A stretch of DNA of 64,000 bases from the human T2T-CHM13v2.0 reference genome, Homo sapiens (GCF_009914755.1 NC_060933.1), one strand, 5' to 3'. Shown: positions 12,168 through 35,232, counted from the first letter of the stretch. The notes: generated by a model not told the origin, from the sequence alone. Program-made: numbers and translations.

Positions 12168-12470
12168 CAGTTGGCACTCTGTATCAATGGGGTCCTCATT
12201 TGCAGATTTAGTCAACCTCAGATGAAAAATATATTTTAAAAATTACAAAATAACAACACAACAATAAAAATACAAAATTTAAAACAGTGAGGTATACCAA
12301 CTATTTACATGGCATTTACATTGTATTAGCTATTAAAAGTAATCTAGAGTTGATTTAAAGTATACAGGAGGATGTGCCTAGGTTATATGCAAATACTATG
12401 CCATTTTATATAAGAGATTTAAGCATCAGTGGATTTAAACTAATCCCCCATGAATACCGAGGGACCACTG
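12168..12470 (-). mobile_element. MER2 (Tigger-family MITE)
   Basis: CAGTTGGCACTCTGTATC and GAATACCGAGGGACCACTG termini, internal GGTTATATGCAAATACTA. Confidence 0.75.
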
Positions 12471-14711
12471 GGTTGAGAACATGGTGCTGAAGCTCATAAA
12501 AAGCCCTTGCTCTGGGATTCAGACATAAGACACTGCATAAAAGCTCAACACACATCCCCTATAGTCAGTGTCTGTGATTCTCTGGAATCAAACTCTATTC
12601 TGTGAAAACAGGAACTGTGATGACACAGGCTATTCTTGGCATGGGAAATGAAACCTCAGAGGTAATCCTACTTCCATGTGGTCCCAGAGCCCTGAGCTAG
12701 GAGACGTTTATCACTATTTGGGAAACCAGAACCCTCAGTCTTTCTCCCTTGTGCCTCATCTGAAGACAGGTGAGTCCTTTGCCATCATATGAAGTCTTAA
12801 TTTAGCATTGCCACATTCTGGTTCCAGATCTTTCCCTCCTGGCTGAATATTAAGACTGCATTTTATCTCTTGTCTTTCTTGGTATCTCTTCCCTATGCAA
12901 ACTTCATGAACACTGGAAGGACCACCATGTCCTGAGAATCAAGAAGGCTCCATTGAGAAAGGGTGTTTTACTAGAACAAAAATGTATAGAGATATATACA
13001 AGGATTATAAATAATAATGTCTGTCTCTGTAATTATTCACACTTAGCAATTCCCAGCACCTTCTCCAGAGACTTCCCTATCTAAACCAGAAAGGTAGTCT
13101 TTGGGGAAAGTGTTTTCATCAATAAAAGGCAAGCTATGCATGAGCTATTCCTGCACTGGGCAGCAAGGAGTGAGTAGACAGTTACCTCTGCCTTCGAGTA
13201 CCCCTTCATCTGACTAGGACCTGAGACTCTCTCATATCTACTTCCAAGCCCAGGTTGAGAACTTCTCTTCTTTCCTTTCTTAGTTGCTTCTACTGTGAGG
13301 TATAGATTTTACATCCAGTCACTGCCGAAGACTTCCATCAACTCATCACTCATCCTTAAGTCATCTCACATTGAGAAAAACTGGGAGCCTTCCGCTTTCC
13401 TGTTTCTTTAAAATTTGTCAGAATCTCCCCAAACCTCTAATATCTTTTTTTTCAGCAGGGGGCTGAAAAAGTGCTGTTCTCAGCACTTACTATTAAGACC
13501 AGATCTCATACTAAGGTCTAAGGCCAAATCTCATTAGTTATTTTAATGGTTACTTTTGTCTTAAAGGAGCCACTGATAGGACAAGAGTATTTCAGGGTTT
13601 GGTAAATCAAAACTGTTACATTCCTTCGTGACACATGACAGAGGAAGAGTGAGCAGGGGCCCACATGTGTTATATGTAAGTACATACAGACTTGAAGACA
13701 TGGTGTTCAAATAGTAGAGATATAATCATAAAAACCCAAACCCCATGTCAGCATCGTGTGAACAAAAATTTTAGTAAATACCAACTGTAAATCTCAGTGA
13801 ACTAGGGCAAAGGAAGTGGACAAAGCTGGGAGAAATTCTGGGATTAATCTTTGTATTTCACAATCAAAACCAAAGGCTTTTCTGTTAAGAAGAAATGGGG
13901 GAAAGGGCGGAGGGAAAATGACACTTGGTTTAGACATTGTTTACCGCAGCAGCACCCAAACCATTTTTAGCAGTATTACCAAAGCATGTATTGGATTGTA
14001 TTTTCTGTTCTGTCATGATTGATGGTGAAATTAAAAGGCAGATGGACTAAAATCATCCTAGGCAAAGGCTAAGTTGATTAAGCTGATAAAGGCTGAACAC
14101 CAAGTCAATGAAAAATGAGACTGAGAAAGTTATTATCACACAATAATAACACCATATTTTCTGAGGACTCAGTGAATCCCAGTTACTGCTCCAAGCTCTT
14201 TACATGTGTCTATATAGATTGCCCCATTTAATGCTAACAAGTTCTCTTGCTCCTTGTCTGATCAAGCCACGCTGTTCACTGGTTCTCTCTTCTGCATGTT
14301 CTTCTCTCTTGGGTTTGCAGAGTTCATTCCTGTTCATCCTTCAGAACTCAACTCAAATGCCACTTCCTTTCCCAATCTTTTTAATTAGGTAAAATCCCGC
14401 TATTATAGGCATTCAAAGCTATGTAGTTTTTATGCTCATAGCTTATAAAACAGTTGCAATGGAATATTTTATAAGAATATTAAAGACTTGAGTTAAGCAA
14501 AGCATGAAGCCTACTTTGGATGAGGGAAGTGAACAAAAATATTAGTCATTTGATGGGTTAAAAGGATATAGATGAAACTGTTTCAACAGGATGGCTGTGG
14601 GACCCAGGAAGTTTGCAGGGGCTGTGTCATCACACACACACAATGACTTTATCAAGAGCCCATCCTGCCTCCCCACTACTGGGAGACATCCTCTGTAGCC
14701 CCAACTGTGCC

Positions 14712-15173
14712 ATGACTATCAGGTTCCTCCGCCAAGTGGCCTTTTATTTTCTGGAGGCAGGTAAGTAATAGGCACAGTTCATTCCAAAATCTAGAAGGAA
14801 CACTTCCTCTGTGTTGGGTTTGTGCATGGCTCAGCCTCAAAGTTCATCATGAACTCTGTTGCCAGTTTTTGTCTCTTCCCATAGGCCTTAAGGAAGCTGA
14901 AATCTACCAGACCCCAAGACACCGTGTTATAGGGGCAGGAAAGAAGATCACTCTGGAATGTTCTCAAACCATGGGCCATGACAAAATGTACTGGTCAAGA
15001 TCCAGGAATGGAATTACACCTCATCCACCATTCCTATGGGTTAATTCCACAGAGAAGGGAGATCTTTGCTCTGAGTCAACAGTCTCCAGAATAAGGATAG
15101 AGCGTTTTCCCCTGACCCTGGAGTCTGCCAGCCCCTCACATACCTCTCAGTACCTCTGTGCCAGCAGTGAATA
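14712..15173 (+). pseudogene. TRBV25OR9-2: T-cell receptor beta variable 25 orphon pseudogene
   Basis: Leader 14712-14760 (MTIRFLRQVAFYFLEA), intron 14761-14884, V exon LKEAEIYQTPRH...LECSQTMGHDKMYW...TSQYLCASSE with a frameshifted middle segment. Confidence 0.93.
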
Positions 15174-15212
15174 CACAGTGCTACATAGATACCGACACTC
15201 TGCACAGAAAGG
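15174..15212 (+). promoter_or_regulatory. 23-RSS of TRBV25 orphon
   Basis: CACAGTG heptamer, 23-nt spacer, ACAGAAAGG nonamer. Confidence 0.92.
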
Positions 15213-16653
15213 GTCGCCTCTAAGGTGAGGACATCTTGCCTTCAGAAACCTTATCTTAAACTACAGAAACCCCTGCAAATCTTCCCAGACTCCTCAGCCT
15301 TGAGGGACCAGTGTGCTTTAAGTAACAGTCTGGACTAAAGACTATCTCTGGCTCAGTCTCTAACAAGCTGAGAAATGACCCAGCCCCACAGTCATCCTGG
15401 CTGACTTCTTCCTTGCATCTAGTTCTTGCTGTTCAATTGAGCTTGCACAAATTTTATCCTTCAAGATAAATGTGATGATATTTGACAGTTGCCTTATGGC
15501 TAGCTGAAGAAAGTCTTTGTCAGCTAAGAAACAGGAAAAGGATCCTTTAACTTTCTGCACAGGCTTTCTTTATCTCTGGTTCATGGTTCCTTCCTCATGT
15601 TAAACTCGTTCCTTCATACACAGCCACACAAAGTCCTTGCCCTTTCCTGACCCCAGTCCTGCACCTGATGACTTCAGTTCCTCTCTATGACTTTGAACTT
15701 GGAATAAATTTTTATTTTCACTTGAAATAAGTGATTAATGATTATTTTCACTAATCTCCCTCTAAATAAATGTAATTTGAGCTAAATCTGCATGAGGCCT
15801 AAGGAAGAGAAAAGGCTCCAACTTTGGAAAAGAATAGTCTTCAACAATGTCCCTGGATTCAGCCCTAAATCTCTTTGGAGACTACCCTTACCAGTGGGAG
15901 ACTATCCTACAGATAGATGATTCTTCTCTCTTGGATATGCTGAATCTCAGGGAAGTGTTCTCTATCCACATGAGATCAGACCTGGGACCTTGAATAGATT
16001 GATTTATTTTTCACAAAAGCACAGACTACTGTGGGGCCCTGGGTGCTGAGCTCAGATGTGAAACTTCTGTTTTGAGGTTACCAAAAAGTAAAGTCACAGA
16101 GTCTCTGTCCTGGTTTTGCCTCCTTAAAAAGTAGCTTTAATATGTTAGAAAAGAATCTAGAAAACATAATACATATTTTATTGTAAAAGTCATTGCTTGT
16201 TCATTCTTCTTTTCTGTTTGTATTCTACAATACTAGCCATTCCTCACTCTTCTTTGTGGGCTCTTTCTATTCTCATTTTCCTTACTTTGTCCTTATTTCT
16301 GGGCTTTTTATTCTTTTCCTCTTAACCTATGCATACATCTTAGACAATATCATCTAATTTATTACTTGAAGTATATATCTCATTAGTTTCAAACTTATTC
16401 TCTAGCTGCCTACTAGATATTTCCATCTCTATATTTCATAGGCTCCTCAACTCAACTTGTCCCCAACAGAGAGTTCATCATCCTCCCAATACCATGTCCT
16501 CTTTTGGAGACACCATCATCTATCTTGGGAGGCTCATCTCCAATGGTCAGGTGTCCTTAGCAAACACCTAGAAGATTAAAAACCCTTGCTTACTGAACTC
16601 TTAGCCTCATGCCTTACCCTTCTGGCCTTCTTGCAAAAGTGATATGCATCAGA

Positions 16654-16986
16654 GAGTTGGCCCTCTGTATTCACAAGTTCCACATCCCTGGATTCAACCA
16701 ACCACAGATCAAAAATATTTTTTTCAAAAATTGTGTCTATACTGAACACATACAGACTTTTTTCCTTGTCATTATTCTAAACAATACAGTATAACAACTA
16801 TTTACATAACATTGTATTGTATTTGGTACTATGAATTATTTACAGATGACTTAAAGTATTTGGGAGTATATGCAAAGATTATATGCAAATACTATAACAT
16901 TTTTTATCTGGGACTTGGGCATTTGTAGATTTTGTTATCCTTGGGAGGTCTTGGAACCAATTCCCCAAGATACTGAGGGATAACTG
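16654..16986 (-). mobile_element. MER2
   Basis: Same pattern as the 12.2 kb copy, ending GATACTGAGGGATAACTG followed by TA. Confidence 0.78.
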
Positions 16987-17979
16987 TAGACAAATGTGAT
17001 CATGCTACTGGATCCCCTCACCATTTCTCCATGCTTCTCCTTCATATTCAAGATAAAATTTAAATTTCTTCACCTGGCTTAATGGTATTTTGTGATCTGG
17101 ACTCCAGAAATTAGCTTATCTTGAACACCTTATCCCAGCTATTTTTCATCCTGGCAATCCTGAACTTCTGACCATTTTCTATAGTCCATGTTCTCTTACC
17201 CATCTGAGATCCTGTACCTGCTGTCCCTCTATCTCTGAAGTCCGCACTTCTTGTCTACAGGGCTGACTCCTACTCCAGCATCTCATTAATCACTATGCTA
17301 ACACAAGAAGTCTTCATCTGCTTCAGTTTATTCCTGTCCTCCAACTAGTGGTGTGGGAGGGTCTCTTCATCACCATCCTCCTTATTTTCTAGGATATATC
17401 TCTTTTTGGTGCATGGTTTTCCTGGGGCATTTTGATTAAGAATGGTCACATGGTATAAATCAGACAGAAACAAAACAAATCAAAGTCTCTGAGTGGGGAT
17501 GGATGTCACCCCTGCTGGGTATTTTTGGATGTCATGCTGGAAGCTGATCCAGTGCAATCCTCCTCGTTCTCTGATGGGAGGAAGTTCTAGCTTTGACCCT
17601 GGAACAGATCATGATGAATGCTTCCTGGAAAGATGCCACGTGAATTGTGGGGTTCAGAGTAAAGAAATAAGTGACATGTTTATGTTAATAGATATTACTT
17701 ATATATGAGCAAACCTGGTCTTGCTTTATTATAAAAATATCAGCTATTGCTCAGTTTTATAGATTTATTGAAGTATAATTTAAATGCCATAAAATTCACT
17801 CTCTGTAAGGTACAGTTTAATGATTTATAGTAAATTTATTGAGTTTTACAAGCATCTCAAAATACTTTAAAACATTCACATTGCCCCCAGGAGATCCTTT
17901 CTGCCCTTTAGCAGTTATTCTCTGAGGTTCCCCACCCCAGGCAGCCCCCTATCTATTCTTTGCCTCCATAGATTTGATT

Positions 17980-18257
17980 TTTTTTTTCTTTTGAGATGGA
18001 GTCTTGCTCTGTTGCCCAGGCTGGAGCACAGTGGCATGATCTCTGCTCACTGGTTCACGCCATTCTCCTGCCTCAACCTCCCAAGTAGCTGGGACTACAG
18101 GTGCCCACCACCACACCTGGCTAATTTTTTTGTATTTTTAGTAGAGACAGGGTTTCACTATGTTAGCCAGGATGGTCTCAATCTCCTGACCTCATGATCT
18201 GCCTGCTTCGGCCTCCCAAAGTGCTGGGATTACAGGCTTGAGCCACCATGCCCGGCC
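17980..18257 (-). mobile_element. Alu (AluS/Y-like, small internal deletion)
   Basis: T-tract followed by reverse Alu. TSD CATAGATTTGATTTTT at 17967 and 18258. Confidence 0.93.
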
Positions 18258-18534
18258 CATAGATTTGATTTTTCTGAAAAATTTATAAAAACAGAATATT
18301 ACAATATGCAGTCTTTGTTTCTGACTCCTTTAAGTTTGCCTAACATTTGAGGTGTTCATTCATGTTGTAGCATATTTTAGTTATTTGCTACATATTTGTT
18401 GCAGAAAATTTTTTCATTCTATGGATATAGCATATTTTATGTATCCACTCATCAATTTTTGGACATTTGGATTGCTCCAGTTGTTAACCTATTATGAATA
18501 ATGCCACTATAAATGTTCTCATATAAATCTTGTT

Positions 18535-26010
<7,476 letters not shown>

Positions 26011-27950
26011 TAAATCTTTGTGAAGTTATAAACTTTAATTTTATTTGGTAGGTATCTAGAAGTGGAATTACTGAGTCATAGGGTAAGGGTATAATAAATT
26101 AAAAACAAAAACAAAGAAAACTTGTAAAATGTTTTCTGAATTGGCTATTTCATTTTACATTTCTATCGTCAATGTGTGAGGTTCCAGTTTTTTCACATCC
26201 TCTCCAATACTTGGTCTTTTTTAATAATCATCATTCTGGCAAATGTGTAGTGTCATCTCATTGTGGTTTTTAAATTTTGTTTCTCTAATAACTAATGATA
26301 TTGAACATCTTTTGTTTGCTTATTGGTTATTCCTATATGATCTCTGATGACATACCTATTCGAACCCTTTATTCATTTTAATTGGATGGTTTGTGTTTTT
26401 ATTTAGTTTTAACTGTCCCTTATCAGATACATGACTTTCAAAAATTTCTCCCTGCTTTATGATTTGTCTTCTCATTTTCTTAACAGGTGACTTTGAAGAT
26501 AAACCATTTTTTATTTTGATGACGTCCGATTTTTCAATTTATCTTTTATGAATTATGCTTTTCCTGTTACTTCTAAGAAACAACTAAGCCAAAGTCATAA
26601 TTTTTTTTCTGTCTTCTTCTAGAAATTTCATAGTTTTTGCTCTTATATTTGGTGTATGCCATGTTCTGAGTTAATTTGGGGGTATGGTGTGAGGTAATGA
26701 TCCAACATCATTATTAATAGTATTTTTGCATAGTTTAATTTCTGTACTATTTGTTGAAAATAATATTATTTCATCATTAAACTGACTTTACACCATATTC
26801 AAAAATGAGTTAACCATAGTGGATGGGTTTATTTCTGATGTTTGTCTTCTATGTTCTTTTTTTTTTTTTTAGCATTACAAAATATTTTATATTTAATGAG
26901 AAAAAAGAAGCTTGCAGGCAGCACATGAAGCATTCACAGCAGGTATATGATTGAAAACTAGTAAAATAAGTGTAAGTTGTTGACTGATGTAGGTACTAAT
27001 AGCATCTGACTTTCAGCACTGGCCTTGATTACACAGGAGATGGAGAAGTCGTTACAATTAAGAAAACATATTTAACAAATCATTGTCAATTTTTATAATG
27101 TTTCAAGCCCATTCTTTGTTGATAGCCTCCACATTTATATGGTTAAGTCATTGTTGCTGTGTTTCTTATCTATGACATTATTTTTATATCCCTTCATTTG
27201 TGGATCTTAAGATGTTGCAGAAGGTTCATTCCTGTACCCCAATACAGATTCACTTCCTTTAGCTGCCTTTTCTAGCACCAATATGCTTTTAAAAAAATGC
27301 GAAAACAACAAGCAGTGACAGCAGCCAATTCCTCGAATGTCCAGATTAATAACTGTAGCATGCTAAAGAAAGGTGTGTGTAAATAGCTGGAGATGGTATA
27401 TGGTCCAGAGTCCAGCATAAAATTATTTCCTTTCTGAGCATTCCCTCCATTCCCCTAACCCAAATACATGCAAGAATGCAGCAAAACCCTTCAGAAACTT
27501 CTCTTAGCTAACTGCAAACTTATCTGTTGCCACAAGTGCAAAGGGGTATGATGTGAACCAGTATATCACAAAGCTCTTTAGCCACTTCAGTTGGTGACAG
27601 AACACAAAAGGAAAAAATTCCTACGTATACACACCAGTCTGTCTCCACTTTTTATAAAACTGGAATAAAATGGGAAAGTGCCATCTTTATTAATCCTAAT
27701 TGAATTTTAAATGTCCTTTTGACACAAAAAGGTATATACATGACACAGCTACACAACCTTTTTTCAACTGGACAACAAGTGTCAAAACCCTGTGGATGTA
27801 TAGGGTAAAACAAGATTGGTCACGAAAAGAGAATTGTTTCTATAACTGGTAATCTGACACAATGTCCTATTGCCATTAAAAAAAAAGGTCCCTTTTCAGT
27901 TTATTCAAGTTTGTTTTCATGGTGTTTTATCCCTCTTGATAAAAAAAAAT

Positions 27951-29990
<2,040 letters not shown>

Positions 29991-31309
29991 TGCAGCTTCT
30001 GAGAGGAGAGCATCTTCTAGGTTCGTAATCTATGTTGATCTTATGTTAATACCACACTCTGTTGATTATTGCAGCTTTATCGTATGTTTTAAAATTGGCT
30101 AGTGTAAGTCTTTTAATTGTGTTTTTCTTTTTCAAAATTGCCTTGACTATTCAAGTCCTAGGTATCACCATATAGGTTTAGGATCAGCTAGTCAATCTCT
30201 ACAAAAGGTACTACTAGAATTTTGACAAGGATTGCCGTGTACTTATTGATAAATTTGGAGATAATTTCTATCTTAACAATACTGAGTCCTCCATGATCAT
30301 GGAATGTTTTTTCCATTCTTTTTCATCTTTTAAAACTTATCTCAGCATTTTATATTTTTTCTATGTATAGGTCTTATATTTCTGTTGTTTAATATATTGC
30401 AAAGTGCTATTTTCTATACTGCAACTATAAAAATATTTTTCTTAATTTCACTTTTGGATTATTACTAGTATTAGAACACATATGATTTTTGTTATACATA
30501 CTGTATCCTGACATCTTGCTAAATGGATTTGTTAGTTATAGAAGTTTCTTCGTAGATTTCACAGGAGTTTTGTTTTTGTTTTTGTTTTTCTTACATACAG
30601 GATCATGTAGTCGGAGATTAAAAAGAGTTCTACTTTTTCCTTTCCAACCTGGAAGCCTTTTATTGCAATTTCTTATCTGACTGTACTGTCTGATATCTCC
30701 AGTGCAAGGTTGAATAAAAGTAGTGAAAACAGACATTGTTACTTTGCTACCAAAATTATAGGCAAAGCATTCAGTCTTTTGAAGCTTTCATGTTTAAGGT
30801 GAGTGTTTTTTCATGCCGTTAATCAGGATGAGAAAGTTCAGTCTGTTCATAATTTGTTGAGATTTTATTATGATTGGGTACAGGTTATTTTGTCAAATTT
30901 ATTTTATTGCATACACTGAGATAATATGATATGTTTTTTATTCTATTAATATGGTATATTACGTTAGTTGATTTTGGATGTCAAGCCAATCTTCCACTGG
31001 CAGGATAAATCCCACTTGGTCATAGTATATAATCGTTTTATATATTGCTAAATGAGGTTTGCTAATATTTTATGGAGACCATAGACATACTAGTTTGTAG
31101 TTTTCTTGTGATTTCTTTTATTAGTATCAAAGTAATTCTGACCTGTTAGGCTGAATTAGGAAATTGTGGACTGAACTGGGATGAATTTAGGAATAATCTT
31201 ATTCTTTATTTTGTGAAAGTTTTTTTTTTTGTAGGAGTGGTATTATTATTTAAATATCTGATGGGATTTACCAGTAAAGTCAGCTAGTCCTGAGCTTTTC
31301 TCTATGACA

Positions 31310-31515
31310 TGGAGTGATAAACTATTGCTCACATGTTAAAGTCAAGCCATGGCCTATATTTGTATGACTCATAAATAAACTAAGAATAAATTTTATACTT
31401 TTAAAGTGTTAGAAGACGGAAGAGGAGGAATAGGAGAAAAAGAACTGACAGAGGTTGCATATGGCCCAAAATATTTACTACCTAGCTCCTTACAGAAAAA
31501 TTTTGCTGACCTCTT
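31310..31515 (+). mobile_element. hAT-Charlie MITE (MER58-like)
   Basis: The 3' end AAAATATTTACTACCTAGCTCCTTACAGAAAAATTTTGCTGACCTCT resembles MER58. Confidence 0.55.
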
Positions 31516-32564
31516 CTCTGTATGGTGTTATTTACTAAAATACTTCTTTACTTGTAATATGTCTATCCAGACATGTGGCTTTTTTTCTCAGTTACTCTTA
31601 TGTCTTTCTAGGAATATGTCTGCTTCATCCAAGTTGTCAAATTCATTGACATAGTGTTGTTCATAACATTTCCATATGTTTCTATAGGGTTACTAATTGT
31701 ATTCTTCATTTTCACTCCTGACTTTGCAATTTCTATTTTCTTGCTTTTTATCTTGTTCAGTCTGACTAAAGTGTTATCAATTTTATAGCGTTTCAAGTAA
31801 CCAGGTTGTAGTTCCATTGATTTTCTCTATTGTTTTTCTATTCTCTATTGAATTGATTTTTAATTTGATCTTTATTATTTCTTCCTTATGTTTACTTTTG
31901 GTTGACTTTTATTTTTCCAGTGTCTTCAGGTAGAAGTTTAGATTATGATGGAAACTTTTGTGGTTGTTTTCCTAATGTAGTTATTTAAAGCTATACATTT
32001 CCCTTTAATTATGGCTGCGTTCCATGTACATCGATATATTTTTGGTTTTTTAGTTAAAAGCATAATTACTCTAGAAATTCCTTCTGAAGCCCACAAGTTA
32101 TTTAGGAGTGTGATGTGTTTAATTTTCAAATATTTGTGATTTTTCCAGCTTCTTTCTGTTGTTTATTTCTAATTAAATCCCTCTGTGATGAGAGAATATA
32201 CTTTGAATTATTTTAATCCTCTTATCTGTACGTTATTATATAATATATAATCTATATGGGGAAATACTCTATGAGCACTTGAAAAACCGTACATTCTGCT
32301 GTTGCTGAATACAGTGTTGTAAAATCATCAATTAAGTCAAATAGTTTTGTAGTGTTTTTCAGGTCACTTTTACCCTTATTTACTTTCTGTCTAGTTGGTG
32401 TGATCAATTTTTCAGACTGGAGGATTTAAGTCACCAACTATAATTTTGATATGTTTATTTTTGTTTCATTTCTGTCATTTTTACTTTATGTATTTTGGGA
32501 CTCTGTTGTTAGGCTCCAGGACTTACTCCACAGTGCTGTACAGGCACATGGTTTCTACACTAAA

Positions 32565-34480
32565 AGTAACTAAACTTAGAGATTTGTGGGATACCATCAA
32601 GTATACCCACATGTGTAAAATTGGAGTCTCAGAAAGAGAGAAGGGAGAGAAAGATAAAGAAAAAATAATGGCCACAAACTTCTCAAAGTTGTGAAAAAGA
32701 TTAATCAAAAGAACCTAGAAGCTTAACATCTCTCAAACACAGTAAACACAAAGATATCTATGTCTAGATACATTATAGTTAAACCTCAGAAAGCCAAAAT
32801 CCACAAATAATATACTGAAATCAATATTTGTTCTCAACAAGAGAAAAATGACTCATCATGTGAAAGAGAAGAGTAATACAATTAACCTGACTTTAAATCA
32901 CAAACAATGGAGATCAGAAGATAATGGAGAGGCACTGAAAGAAAAAAAAAATTCCACCCAAAATTCTCTATCCAGCAAAACTATCCTCTACAAATGAAAA
33001 TGAAATAAAGACATTCCCAGATAAGCAAAAGCTACAGAATTTTGTGGTTAGCAGACCTGTCTTACAAGAAATATTAAAGGAAGTCATCAGGCTGAGAGAA
33101 AATGACATTGTTAGTAACTAAAATCCATAGTAAGAAATTAAGAGCACCTTAAAGGATAAACATATGTGTGAATAAATATAAAAAATACATACACACATAT
33201 AAACACACATAGAAGGAATATATATTTTGTATATGTTTTTATAGCATTTAATATACATCAATCTGGGTGGGCACAATCTAATCAGCTGCCAGCATGGCTA
33301 GAATAAAAGTAGAAGAATGTGGAAGGACTAGACTGGCTAAATCTTCTGGCCTTCATCTTTCTCCCATGCTGGATGCTTCCTGCTCTCAAACATTGGATTC
33401 CAAGTTCTTCAGTTTTTGGACTCTTGGACTTAAACCAGTGATTTGCCAGGGGCTCTTGGACCTTCGGCCACAGACTGAAGGCTGCACTGTCAACTTCCCT
33501 ACTTTTGATGTTTTGGGACTCAGACTGGCTTCCTGGCTCCTCAGCTTGCAGAAGACCTATTGTGGGACTTTACCTTGTGTTTGTGTGAGTAAATACTCTC
33601 TAATAAACTCCTCTTCATCTATCTTATTAGTTCTGTCCCTTTAGAGAACCCAGAATGTAAATTAGTACAGCCATTTTGACAAACAGTATGGAGGTTCCTC
33701 AGAAAATTAAAAATAGAACTACCATATAATCTAGCAATTCCAGTTCTAGATATAAATTCAAAGGATATGAAATCTGTATGTTGAAGAAATATATTCACTC
33801 TTATATTCCTTGAAGCATTATTCACACAGCCAAAATACAGAATTAACCTAGGTTTCCACCAATGGATGACTAGATGAAGAATATATGACTTATATTCTGT
33901 ATATGTATATATATATTCTCTATATGTATATGTATATACATACACACACACAAAAAAAAAAAATGGAATACTACTCAGCCATACAGAAAAAGGAAATCAT
34001 ATAATTTGCAACAACATGGAGACATTATGCTAAGTGAAATAATCCAGGCACAGAAAGACAAATAATGCATGGTCTCACTTATTCATGGAATCCAACAAAG
34101 TCAAACCCACAGAAGCAGAGAGTAGAAGGGTAATTGCCAAGCACTGGGATGTGGTTTGAGGAAGGGAGGCATGGGAAATAGGGAAATGTTGGTCAAAGGT
34201 ACATGTTTTAATCAGAAATAAGTTCAAGAGATCTATTATGCAGCGTGATTACTATAGTTAATAATATATTTACTCTTGAAAATTGCTAAGAATGTAGATT
34301 TTAAATGTTCCTACCAAAAGAAGTCAAAACCAAATGGTAAGTATGTGAGGTAATGCATATGTTAATTAGCTTGATTTAATTATTCCACAATGTATACATA
34401 TATCAAAATGTCACAATATCACATTGTATACCATAAATATATATAATTTGTATTTGTCAATTTTAAATAAGTAAATAAAG
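32565..34480 (+). mobile_element. Old L1M fragments (ORF1 remnant and 3' end), split by an MLT2 LTR
   Basis: LRDLWDTIK...IGVSE ORF1-like peptide, and an L1MA-like 3' UTR at 33655-34480. Confidence 0.65.
33258..33655 (+). mobile_element. MLT2 (ERVL) LTR fragment
   Basis: AATCTGGGTGGGCACAATCTAATCAGCTGCCAGC...TTAGTTCTGTCCCTTTAGAGAACCC. Confidence 0.8.
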
Positions 34481-34775
34481 TAATGAGATAGCTTTCAACT
34501 AAGCTTATATAGTGGTATAATATAAAAATTTTTGTAGTAACAAAATTATAGTAATTTTGGCTTATACTGAAATGTGCATTAAACAAGTGTTTGCATAAAA
34601 TTTCAATTCAAATTACTGTTCACAGCCCACAGAAAGCCACGAAAACGTGATTTACTCTTGGTATGGAAACAAATAGCTTGTACTCCTAAGGAAAAAAGAA
34701 AATTCCTGCCTTTTGATGAGAATTGTTTGAGTTTTATACTTATTTTATGGGGAGCTTTGCTGACCTCTTCATTCC

Positions 34776-35232
34776 ACGATAGCTGGATATTCCTCCCCTG
34801 CATGTACTTTTGTTTCCTGGGGGCAGTGAGTCTTGGAAACATTTGTGAAATTCTTATTCTGAGTTTGCCTGGCCACAGCCCAGGTTCCTTCACGGACACT
34901 TCAGCATCAGGCTCTCTCCTCAGCTTTCTTTCTATCTTCTGTGCCCTCTGCTCATAAACCCCAGCTCATAGAAGCTGAAGTCACCTAGACTCCAAGACAC
35001 CTGATTGTAGAGACAGGAAAGGAGTTCTCAGGATATGTGCCATAATTTCATACTGGTTTCTACAAGAATCAGGGTTGGAATTAGAGCTGATTCATTATTC
35101 AGTTAACATTGACATTGTTGATTAGAGACATATCCCTGTTGAAAATATTTCCCGGCAAAAAACAGAAGTTCCCTTTGGCTCTGAAATCTGCAAAGCCCTT
35201 TCAGATGTCCCTGTGTCCTTGTGCCGTCACTC
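34776..35232 (+). pseudogene. TRBVAOR9-2: TRBVA orphon, a highly degenerate V-beta pseudogene
   Basis: Leader remnant ending TTTTGTTTCCTGGGGGCA|GTGAGT. V-region starts at 34971 (GAAGCTGAAGTCACCTAGACTCCAAGACAC, EAEVT*TPRH) with several stops and indels. Lies between V25 and V26 as on chr7. Confidence 0.85.
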
